DNA of 64,000 nt from Mytilus californianus (taxonomy: Eukaryota), in the NCBI RefSeq assembly GCF_021869535.1, contig NW_026262734.1, forward strand, positions 27,032,001 through 27,096,000, read 5' to 3'. The notes below the pieces were generated by a model that did no database searches, had not been told where the DNA came from, and saw only the letters and a list, made by a program, of their open reading frames with translations. Each line of letters opens with the position of its first letter. The stretch's first letter is position 1. Positions 25,401 through 36,024 of this stretch are shown piece by piece. The position numbers were made by a program, and so were the translations under genes.

Positions 25401-28400
25401 AACCATACAAAAACTAAGAATGAATTTAATTTGTATTGTAGAGGAAGAAGATTATATTTACCATGAAAAATCAAATAATGGACATAAAAAAACTAAGGAT
25501 GACTTTTATTTGTTTGTAGAGGAAGACGAGCACGTGTGTCTGAATGAGTCAGCTGTCTCACCAGGGTCTGGGCAGAATAGATTGCTGCCACCAACAGTGT
25601 CGACAATATATTACCCTGACTTGAAGTCAAATTTCAGCTTCAACATAATGCACATAGAAAACCTTAAGGGTGGTTTTGAAATGTTTTAGAGGAAGACAAA
25701 CTTCAGGAAACAAGTGAAATTCATGACCAATTGGAAAACCAATGAATCTGACTTTAATATTGTATGGATTGATAGTAGATCTTTATAAATTTTCTACGTC
25801 TGAAGCGCTTTTCTGGATTTACTTTAATCAGGAAAGCTCAATTTAAAAAAAAATGAAAGCCAAGGATGTATAAAAACTTGAAGAGCTATACGACAAAATA
25901 AGCATAAAAACAATTGCCAAAATCATCTAGGCACACGGCCTGATAATTTAACAGCGCCTTTTTGATTGTCTGAAGCAAGATTTTGACAGCCAACTGGGTA
26001 GTTTAGTTAAAAGTTCAAGTTATAGATATATGGTTCAAAATTTTAGTTTACAATATTAACCAATACCAGTTGTTTATAAGACGTGTAAAAATCATTCAAA
26101 TGTAAGTTCTATGAATCTTTTGTAAATTGGATCAATTTCAGTTTATTTCTGCCTAAAACTTTTTTCATGCAAGTACTCTCAGTTCTGTACTTAGTGTATT
26201 TTTGTTGTAAGGGATGAGGGATGGATATATCCCCTGCCACGTCCTGTCTGTGTTTTTGTTTGATGTTTTTGTTTGTATCAATCTGATGAGTTAAGCCTTT
26301 TTCGACTGATTTTTATAGTTTGTTCTTATGTTGTGCTGTTACACCACTGTCTCAGGTTAGGGGAGGGTTGAGCGCTCACAAACATGTTTAACCCGACACA
26401 TTCTGTATATTCCTGTCCCAAGTCAGTAGCCTGTAGTTCAGTGGTTTTCGTTGGTTGACGTCTGTTATATTTGTTTTTCGTATATTGTTTTTTTATGAAT
26501 TAGGCCATTAGTTTTCTCAATTGAATTGATTCATATTTTTCATGTCGGGCCTTTTATAGCCGACTATACGGTATGGGTTTTTCTCATTGTCGAAGCCCGT
26601 ACGGTTGCCTATAATTGCTTACATCCACTTTATTTGAACTTTGGTGGATAGTTGTCTCGTTGGCAATCATACCACATCTCCTTATTTTTATATCTGTAGG
26701 TTTTGTAAGGATAACATTGTGGATGAGATACATTTCATTTTAAAATGTCGCACTTATCAAGGCCTTAGATCTTATTTTATCAAACCTTATTATTGGAGAA
26801 AACCTTCTATGTATAGATACCCGGTATATACAATTAAAGAGTTCGAGTAATCTTAGAGAGCTATGTAATTTGGGTAAATTCATATTTAGTGCCTAAAAAT
26901 GTTTTAATATGTTTCATACTTACTTCTGATATTCTATGTATACTATGTGTAGTTTATATGTTGTAAGTCTGTAATTGTTAAGACTTTGGTAAATTCATAA
27001 GCCTGAACAGATTAAAATAAGCAAGGTTGCTTGTTTCTGGATCCAATTGTTTCTAATGTATTATCTTTTATATATTATCATGATTTGATTTATTGAATAA
27101 AATATTATTTAAACCAAGCCTGACAACATTGTAGTTGGGAGTTCGAACCCCGCTTGTAGCAGGTGCGTTCGACTCCGATCTTATTTGACAAGGATTGCCA
27201 GCTTTCCTGCCGAAGATCGGCGGTTCTCTCGAGGCACTCCGACTCCCTCCGCCAATAAAAAAGGACTGACCGCCAAAATATAGCCAATATTGATGAAAGT
27301 GGCGTTAAACACCAACAATCAATCCGAAAAAATATAAGTTCAGCTAGGTCTGTCTATAGGAGCCAAAGCTTTGATTTTTCTGTGTTCCCTGTTTGTAAAG
27401 CTTTCTCTTGCATTGGAATTCTTGGTCGGGCATTGTGTTAAACGTAAGTTGATTTGGTATCCTCTGTTTCATTATTTCCCGAAAAAACAGTGTTTCCGTA
27501 GTTTTATATATGTATTGATTCATTGTAATATTTGGTCCTTATGAGTGTGATATGCAATCATAAATAAGATAAGCATTATTTCTATAGACAGATTTGAAAT
27601 TGTAGTAAAAAGAATTTTAATGAAGGTAAAGAAATGTTCATGCTGTCAAGAAAACTTTTTTTTTTAAGATTTTAACCGCTACAACAGTTTTGTTAAATAT
27701 TGATGAATTTTGGTTGAATTTAAAGTCACAAAATAATTATACACATTTGATGACCTTCTTGGTAAGTTTTGTAGAATGTGTCACTTTTGAGATGCTTTAA
27801 TACTCCCAAACCATTTGTTATGGGCAAAAGAAATAGTGAATAGAGAAAAATGAGCAAACTATATAAAGAATAGATAATGATGGGATACAAAAGTATAAAG
27901 AAAAACTGGAGAAAAAAAAGAATTAGGTGATGCAATACTGATTACAGAAATGAACAATGTACAGAATTAAGAAATCATCTAATCACAGAAAAGGTTAATA
28001 ATAAAAACATTTTCAAGCGTTATTTTTAAACATCAAGAAAAAATTCCATCAAATCTAGAAAATACAGATTTAAATTAAGTTTCAAGTTGATTGGACTTCA
28101 ACTTCATCAAAAACTACCTTGACCAAAAACTTTAACCTGAAGCGGTACAGACGGACGAACGGACGCACAGACCGAAAAACATAATGCCCCTCTACTATCG
28201 TAGGTGGGGCATAACAAGAATTAGGAGATGCAATACTGATTACAGAAATGAACGATGTACAGAATTAAGAAATCATCTAATCACAGAAAAGGTTAATAAT
28301 AAAAACATTTTCAAGCGTTATTTTTAAACATAAAGAAAAATTTCCTTCAAATCTAGAAAATACAGATTCAAATTAAGTTTCAAGTTGATTGGACTTCAAC

Positions 28401-29515
28401 TTCATCAAAAACTATCTTGACCAAAAACTTTAACCTGAAGCGGGACAGACGGACGGACGGACGAACGGACGCACAGACCGAAAAACATAATGCCCCTCTA
28501 CTATCGTAGGTGGGGCATAAAAAGAATAAGGTCATGCAATGCTGGTTACAGAAATGAACGATGTACAGAATTAAGAAATCATCTAATCACAGAAAAGGTT
28601 AATAATAAAAACATTTTCAAGCGTTATTTTTAAACATAAAGAAAAATTTCCTTCAAATCTAGAAAATACAGATTAAGGACCCCACTATCCAGACCCTCAT
28701 ATATGAGAAGCTTCAATGGTTGCATCGACGTGAGACTTCTATGGCATAACTTTCTCAGAACAACAATAGTGCTTCAACTTAAAGTGTCATAATTGTTTAA
28801 GGGTCCTCAAAATCTAGTAACTTTCTTTTTATGGCGAGTTTGCAATTTCAGTAACTGTAAAAATGGCTTTAGGTGAAATTAATCAACTGTTTTGGTTGTC
28901 AGCTGTGAAGATTAAAACACCGTACACTCTGCTGTGCCTAAATACTATCTAAATTTAAATATTCATTAATGATATAACTTTATATCATTGTTTTGTACTT
29001 TTATCTGCCAATTATATGTATTATTATTTTTTTTTTTTTAATTTTAAAAGGTGGATTATTTATTTTTTATATGGTTAAGCTTTGATTTATGCTTAATCGA
29101 AAACCGAATAAGGAGCTATATTGACGTCTCTAAAATCTCCCATTTTCCAATTAACAATCAGGTACCCAGAAAAGTTGCATACCAAGAATGCTTTAGCTTT
29201 TTATTTACAAGTAATTATTTGCACTTTGTAATCGTTCCCCCTAATTCCAAATATTTTTAATGTAAATTTATATCAGATTGGAGTAAGTGGTCACAACCTC
29301 TATAAAGTTTTGAATGTAACGATTTGCATTAATCAATCGGATCATTAAAAGATAATTAATATTTTAAAATTTCAAACAGAACTTGTTTTAAACAAACTGA
29401 AAATTAATCAACAACGAAAGACTACACCCGGTGTAAACATTGACATCGTGGAACAAGTAAAAGCGTATTTACGTATAATTCGAATGCTATGATCAGATCT
29501 TATAACTTACCTCAT
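1415..29515 (-). CDS. Giant class C (mGluR/CaSR-like) GPCR: signal peptide, five tandem Venus-flytrap (ANF-receptor) domains and a 7TM domain; ~2798 aa, 15 coding exons
   Basis: Exons read on the minus strand: 29515-29511 (ATGAG), 25370-25183, 24630-24550, 19751-19629, 19061-18895, 18301-17558, 17172-17041, 15713-14268, 12772-11658, 10608-10287, 9478-9325, 8484-7163, 6131-4677, 3755-2708, 1509-1415 (TGA). All junctions are GT-AG with matching phases; total 8397 nt. The N-terminus MRVYILSTVLVAAICSA is signal-like. Each module carries VFT motifs (PGD-x-x-IGG, LGG-x-x-LD-x-C, S-x-x-LSDK-x-x-YPYF-x-R, YG, GTD-x-W, I-x-AVY). The exon at 3755-2708 encodes seven hydrophobic segments with class C motifs (TCGVRRF, LLVK, NYFESRWI). 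Confidence 0.9.
2708..3755 (-). CDS. Exon 14 of the class C GPCR: last 3-Cys linker plus 7TM (7tm_3-like) domain
   Basis: ORF track 2691..3722. TM1 IWAIATAVPTCVGLLIGIFVFAYF, TM3 TCGVRRFMMGVVYSIVFAALLVK and TM6 NYFESRWIFVSCICT align by eye to the mGluR TM pattern. Acceptor at 3756, donor at 2707. Confidence 0.9.
9610..9850 (-). repeat. Dispersed repeat with a Penelope-type hammerhead-like core; more decayed copies at ~8830-8965 and ~25790-25925
   Basis: The minus strand reads gcgtca-CTGATGA-gtct tttgt agac-GAAA-cgcgcGTC; the flanking aagttgaagagcattgaggacc block is shared with the 8830 copy. Confidence 0.55.
20394..23397 (+). pseudogene. Disrupted ~1000-codon EN-RT ORF of the Naiad-type element, with four putative selenocysteine TGA codons
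   Basis: One frame runs 20394-~22122, with TGA at 20556, 20649, 20682 and 21954 and one TAA at 21255. There are 1-bp deletions near 22122 (restoring one base gives PKLHKSPYKYRFI) and near 23191 (restoring gives HLIRSGILHPIFYGN). Terminal TAA ends at 23397. Confidence 0.82.
23437..23525 (+). promoter_or_regulatory. SECIS element (form 2-like) in the 3' UTR of the retroelement
   Basis: ATGA-T core at 23459-23463. Helix II GGTATAAT (23464-71) pairs with ATTGTGCC (23493-500). Unpaired AAA at 23475-77, then an apical mini-stem (cccct/aggaggg). 3' core TGAT at 23501-04. Helix I: tcatat/atatga and ttatgtt/aacataa. Starts 40 nt after the ORF stop. Confidence 0.8.
25517..25640 (-). pseudogene. Degenerate duplicate of the 5' part of GPCR exon 2 (signal-peptide exon)
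   Basis: cag|ggtaatatattgtcgacactgttggtggcagcaatctattctgcccagaccctggtgagacag versus the real exon cag|ggtatatatattgtcgacagtgttagtagcagcaatatgttctgcccaaacactggtgagacag. A 1-bp deletion leads to an early TGA. Confidence 0.7.
27105..27325 (+). mobile_element. tRNA-derived SINE; related fragments on the minus strand at ~19310-19500 and ~41715-41910
   Basis: B-box-like gttcgaacccc, central ggttctctcgaggcactccgactccctcc domain, tail aaagtggcgttaaacaccaacaatcaatc. Confidence 0.6.
27919..28676. repeat. ~300-bp tandem repeat, 2.5 copies, each full unit carrying a (ggac)n / cccctctactatcgtaggtgggg module
   Basis: Units start at 27919, 28217 and 28523. The periods of 298 and 306 differ by two ggac units. 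Confidence 0.85.
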
Positions 29516-32500
29516 TTTGATAAAGGTGCCTTCTGCTGGCCCTTCTTCATACGAACTAATTATCCCTTAGCTGGAGATCCCGACCCCTATATGATAATAC
29601 GGGTTGCCCTACCCTGTGTATTGAAATTATACAGTTTATTCCAAGTCAACCGTATGCTAAATTCACATTTTATTTTTAGAATATAATCAATAGCTTAAAT
29701 GGGAAGTCTTTCAAATATTAAAAAACTGGTTCTGCTAGTTTTACCTGAGATTTACCTGAAGAAGGCGTGGCCAACAGATATGTTAAAATTTTCCGTACAA
29801 CGAGCGATAACTCTACTGGCATTTAAGGTAAAAATTATTTTCCGTATGTGGTATCAATTTCATTTAGATTTATTAATTTCTCACTAATATTTCGATATAA
29901 CGTGTTTTAAAAGTTAAACTTGAATGCCACCATAATCAACTGTAAATTGGGGTTTCATTCATAGTTTTTTATTAATTCAAATAATATTTTTATGAAGTAA
30001 ATTTTCACTTAAACTGAGATTGTCAGTATCTTCAGAGTTATTCTTTGAAATCTGATCAAATCTGGTGAGAATCTTTGCAGAAATGTCACAGTTATTACTG
30101 AGATTAAGTCTTCAGAAGGATTACCTTAAATTATGTTGGATTAGTAAGACACGTTTAGAATACTCTTCCATCGTTTCTTTTAGGCCAAGAAAATCAAATA
30201 TTATTTCACTGGCAATGGATATATACATGAACGTTTCGCTTTGGCGGTTCTAGACCCCACAGTTCTTGGGTTTTATTTTGTTTTTTATCTTACGTAAAGA
30301 TCGACAAAATTATCTCTAGAAACCACTTTCCACCAGTCCCAGTGGAATCCGTTAGCCCCTTCCCCCTTTTAAAACTTTCGGTTAGTTTAAAAGTCTTTAA
30401 CATTTATTTTTAAAATAATACAGTTACGTAGTCATGACTAGTACTCCGATACTTAATAAATCGGCATGGTATCATCGGCAGTTAATTCAAATACGATTAT
30501 TCCTCAATATAATTAAAATATAAATGCGGATCCAGGATTTTGAAAAAGGGCGGGCGGGACACCCAAACCAATCTTGGAGTGGGACATGTAAAATGTATAT
30601 ACCTTAACCATGAATGTTGCTCCATAAGGGAGGGCCCTGGCACCCTGCCCCCCTCCCCCTGATTTTTATAGTGAGTGTTACTGTACAAATTCTTGATCTG
30701 TGATTTTGCTACAAAGAGTGTGTGAGTTACGAATGATCATAACTTTAATCGTATTGGGTCGTCCTTGAAGTAAGTGGGTACAAAGTTGTTTTTGTCAACA
30801 TTTGAGGATCGCTATTCACCTGAAGATTGTTAAATACTGCAGATCAGGCATAATGCATATACAATGAATGTAAAATATCATATATACAATGTAAGATGGT
30901 AGAAAGATCTTAACAATTTACTCGAAGACCATACTCTCCAGCAAAAAAGTCAGCATAGATCCTGCAATATGTGAGTTAACTGAGCTAAACAAAGAAAAAG
31001 CTTGGTGTGCTTGGACGATATACAAATAAAATATACACAGAAAGAAAATATGAAAATTAAATTGTATATTGTATCTAACTTCTGTATCCAAAAAATCAAG
31101 ATAGACGTTAAAAGTTTTCCATCTTATAAGTTTAAACCATCGTCTCGTCGATATGAATGAAAAATTAGTAGTTTAGGGAAATTACAGACGGTGCCTCGAT
31201 GTATATGATAGTTGCCAATTTTGTCAATTGGGCTGGTTGACGATGACATGCATGTATTTTCTACCTTGTAGAGAGACTTAAAAATCTTTATGGACAATTT
31301 TCGATCTTATCTAAGAACACTTAGCAGATGCATTTATTAATCTGGATATTAACAAATGCAGATATTTTATTTACTTAAATTGATTTTGTGAACAGTTGGT
31401 AAATTATGTGTTCAATGCAAATGGATGATATTTTTTCTTAAAGCTGACTTGTATCAATGTGCCGCGTGTTCAAGAGCTAATGCATTCACATGGCTTCCTT
31501 CGTCAACTTAAAAAAGAACCTTTTCTTTTTTTTTACCGAACTTGGTGGTTGGAATGTTTTCTTAGAGTTTTTTGTTGTATCTTGGTTCCTTTTCAATAAC
31601 CACCATGGCCGGAACGTCTAAGAAATGGAAGCCTTAGTAAGGGTAACATGCAAGTAATTGTCTTTATGATGTTCATATTGAGAAAATCTGAAAGATGTGG
31701 GGGAAAATGCACAAAAAAAGCAAGATTTACCTGCTGTCAAGCAGTATTATCAGATGATTCCTTATTGGAGTCTGACAAAACTAAGAATTTCAGCACATCA
31801 AGTTTGCAAATAGAAACTGATAGAAACCAGGGTACCCCTTAGACTTTGTGGGTAGTGTGGCTCATGTGAGGTAGAGGATGAGATACACTTTCTCCTATAC
31901 AATGCACAAAATTTAACGACTAGCTACACTGTCAACGTATAAGTGTTCCGCTTAACAGAAGTTCCATGGATACTTTGTTTTTAACAATGTCATAATATCT
32001 GGTCCTGGTGGAACAAATATTGTATACCCTTTATTCCGTAAGGAAACAAATACTGTAATATTTGTTCCAGTGGTAATTATATTACAGAAAATGTCTTCCA
32101 CTTGGAACTTATATTATGAAGGAACTTCTATTTCGTGACAATTCAACTTGTATCTTTGCTAACCATGTTGGAACCACCCTTTATCCTCGGTTGGAACCCC
32201 CTTTTAAAAATGGCTGAATCCGCCCCTGCTGGGACTAATATATATTGTATTAGTCCCAGTTTTGGTTAATGACATGTGAGGAAATATCAGTATTAAAACC
32301 TGGGACTATTATACTAGTATAATAGTCCCAGTTAAAACATATGAATAATCTTGTGTGTCACTGTAGATAGTTTAATGCTTTAATGAATTGCTAAAACAAA
32401 ATAAAGTTTCTGTGCCGCATATGTAGTGTTTTAGTCGCCTGTTGTAACAGCTTTAGTTAAACTCATGTTAATTGTTATTTTTTTTTATATATATGCCTAT

Positions 32501-34153
32501 TCAAAATTAAATTTGATTACAAAGTTACTTTCTTTTATGGAAATTTTGGAAAATTACTTGTGTGTATACTAAATACTTTGAAACCGGCCTTTAGTATGCA
32601 AGTTGCTTGAATTTCCGGAAAGTTAACTTCTCTCGGCAGTTGGAATGGTGATTAGATTATTGATATTGAGTCTATTTTTTATCATTACCTAACACCGGAT
32701 CGCTTATTACACAGAATATTTATTTAACACTGAGTATGTGAATCTATTTTGTTTATTCAAAAAAGTGCAGTCAAAGTAACGACTAATACTTTTGAATAAG
32801 TAAGTACGAGGACAAAATCATTGAAAATGATATTGTTTTTTGTCTCGGGTCATTTTTTAGGTCGTTATACAATGTACTTGTTGACGTTTCATCATTTCAT
32901 GATATTTAATTGTTAGATTTTGTTAGGGGATTCGATGTTTGCTATTTCATATATTAAGATCTATCTCTCAACATACAAATTTGGGTGCAGACTTAATTCC
33001 AGCTGGGGTTATCCCCTACCCATATAGGATAGTATAGTATATTTCATAAGAAAATCGTAAAAATACTACCCATTGCCTTCGTGAAATATGCAACCCATTA
33101 ATATATTCAAATCAAACCAAATCAAATAATTTTATTGTTGTAAATTCTAATACATGAATACCAGCTGACATTTACAAAATATAAATAAAAAAAATAAACA
33201 AAGACATATTTTCTCAATGATAAGAGACACATATTTTATATCTACATTGATTTGATTTTTCAGTAAGTTGACCCATACCAGCAGCACGTCTGTTTACACC
33301 TTTATATATTGGAAGAGACCCCCTGTGTTTCTCTAAAACTGGTTGCTCTGTCAGTCATGATCACCAAAAATCAGTTAGGTTAACCAATTTCAAGTGGAGT
33401 GAAGTGGTGGTCTTGATGTCTGACTAAAATTTTTGTGATGTTTTTATCCTTTTTTAGGCTTTCTGGTATTTAATATAGCTCCTACATTTAATTAGTAAAT
33501 CACAATGTATATCAATATTTGATTGGTCGTAATTACAAAAAAAGATCGTTAAAAAATTGTGATGTTCTCAGATCAATTCATTAAGATATGAACTGATCAT
33601 TGCTATTGGTAATCTTGTATACATGTTTAGGATTTAGAGTCCACAGCAGCTTTTTTGATTTGATTGAAAAGAAAGGATATGTATGGTACATAAAATTCAT
33701 GACACAAAATCACTACATACATTTGAAAAAAAAAGCAAAGAAACAGCTTTGATCTTTGCTAATCTTTATTATCTTCTTGTCTGTTTTTTTGTTTTTTTTA
33801 ATTCCTAGCTTTTGCAATATTCTTAAGTAACTTTTGTAGTATTTTGTTCATAATTTTCCAACTTTTAAGTGAAATTATTGCTTTAAGTTTGTGAACACTT
33901 CTCCTTTGGTGGATCAACAAAAGTCTAGGATGCTGAAGATTATTTGCCGTAATCTTGCTAGCTTCTAAAAAAAATCAGGATGCTAGATTGCTAAAAGACT
34001 TTTGTGAAAAATGACATTTTATGTCAATGTCAAAATTGCATGAATGGTGCCCAGAACAATAATAACAGGCCCTCTTGGAAAGAAAGAGGATAATTACATT
34101 GTTACCCTCAGTTAAAAGCTACATGTATCCATGTTGCTAGAATCTAAATTTAT

Positions 34154-35974
34154 TAGGGATGTCAACGAGTACTCAAGTACTCGAGTATCGCTCGGTAGTA
34201 CCGAGTATCGAATACCAAAATAAGACTCAACTAATCGGTTTTCTGCCAGAATGTTGTTGCCTTTTTAAAGAAAAAAATATTTTTTTGAGAGCGTCTCCCG
34301 GGAAATTAAATATTAATCAAAATTAATCAAAATTAAAATACGTTTCGAATGTTTGCGTTTAATTGTCATTTAAAATTCCCTCGAACAGAGGTAGGCTATG
34401 CACAAGAGCACCGTTCCAAGGTCTACACTTTTAGCTAATCTTGTCTTAGTCATTCTACCACCTCTGTACCGCCAGAGCAAACATTTTTATCAGCAGAACT
34501 GTTAGTTACGTAACAAAGTTGATTAATCGACTCGTCCCCGAAAAAGTTGACAAGATAATATATCTAAATCAGAACAAATTCGTTGCACCCTGTTTCAACC
34601 CTCAGAAAATGGTTAAATTCTAATCAAAATCCCTTTGTTGATCATTAAATGTGTTTCTTTACCATTCCCAAATACTGTTGTTTGAGTAATCAATTTTCTA
34701 TATATATTTATTAATTAATTGTTTAGATTATTGTCAGTTTACATAATTAGTACATGTAGTAAATGAGCTATTAGTTATGGTATACAATTCCTGGGACTAT
34801 CATCTAGTCCTAGGTAATAATGTTTAGGGTTTTACATCCATAAGACAACTCCCCACAATCCGTAAATTGGGTATAATTTTGAATGAATGCATCTTTATTC
34901 TCACAAACCAAATACATAGTTACAATGAAGATAATATATTACATTGATACAAATGTTAATAATATAGCACATGTGAAATACAAATGACTGTTATATAATA
35001 TTATATTATATATTTGGACAAAAGATAAAAAAAACATATACTAGTAGTTGTTTTTAACCAGGAGGATAGACTTTCACAGAAATAGATTTAATAAATCTAC
35101 AAAGTTTCTTAAGGTGATGATGATGGGAGTTTTTAATGACCTTTACTGGCTATACAGCCCTCGCATGGTCGGATTCTTAAGGTGGCTCGGGTGTCTTCCT
35201 CCATCTTGGATTCTGAAGTAGCAGATAACGTTGGTCTAGATCTTTGATTAAATGTGCAAATTTTGAGAGTAGTATGCAATTTATGTGTAAGACTTTTGAT
35301 ATAATTATAGAAAATTGTATGTTTTATCATAATTATTGCTGTAATTTCTCAAAAACACCTTATGTGTGTTTGATTAACTTATTTTCAACTTTGCCAAATA
35401 AGGGGAGATAACTCTGATAAAGTCATTTTTATAATAGAAAGTGTTGTGAATTTACCTATTTTAATCTGTAGCAAGAAAACAAGTTCGATGACCCCATTTA
35501 TTCTTTTTCTTATCTGAAAGCATGTTATAAGAGCTATCTTCTCACATTATATCTTAAAATTCTATCAGGTAGTTTTCTTTTTATCACACAAAATTTGATT
35601 TTCCATGCATTATCTATACAAAATCTGACAATTTTGCACTACCTGTAGCATGAAAAAAAGACCGGTGACTCATACTTTTTATTATATTTTTGAAAAAAGC
35701 ATGATAAATACTTCATTTTGACAAGTTATTAAAAAATTCTATCAATTTTAATTAAGACGCCCTAGCCACCTTAAGCTCAACACAATTTCGGGTTGAACAT
35801 ACTTGTTTGAATTTAATAACATTTATATTATTATTACAATATTGTGGTAAGTATTTGCTTCTTTTATCTTTGTTTTTCCATTTTGTAGATGTTTTTCTGA
35901 GCGAGTACTCGAGTATTGTTCGGTAAATCCAACGAGTACTCGATTAGTAAATCTTCACCGAGTTGACATCCCTA
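34154..35974. mobile_element. Non-autonomous hAT-type DNA transposon
   Basis: Perfect 13-bp TIRs tagggatgtcaac / gttgacatcccta. Perfect 8-bp target-site duplication aaatttat (34146-53 and 35975-82). Subterminal gagtactcgag motifs at both ends. Confidence 0.85.
35181..35770. mobile_element. MITE with TTAA target-site duplication (Kolobok/piggyBac-type target), nested in the hAT element
   Basis: ttaa|ggtggctcgggtgtc ... gacgccctagccacc|ttaa; the TIRs match at 13/15 positions. Confidence 0.75.
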
Positions 35975-36024
35975 AAATTTATCATTTATGCAAATATCAT
36001 ATTTAATTTTAGAAGAAAAGCATC

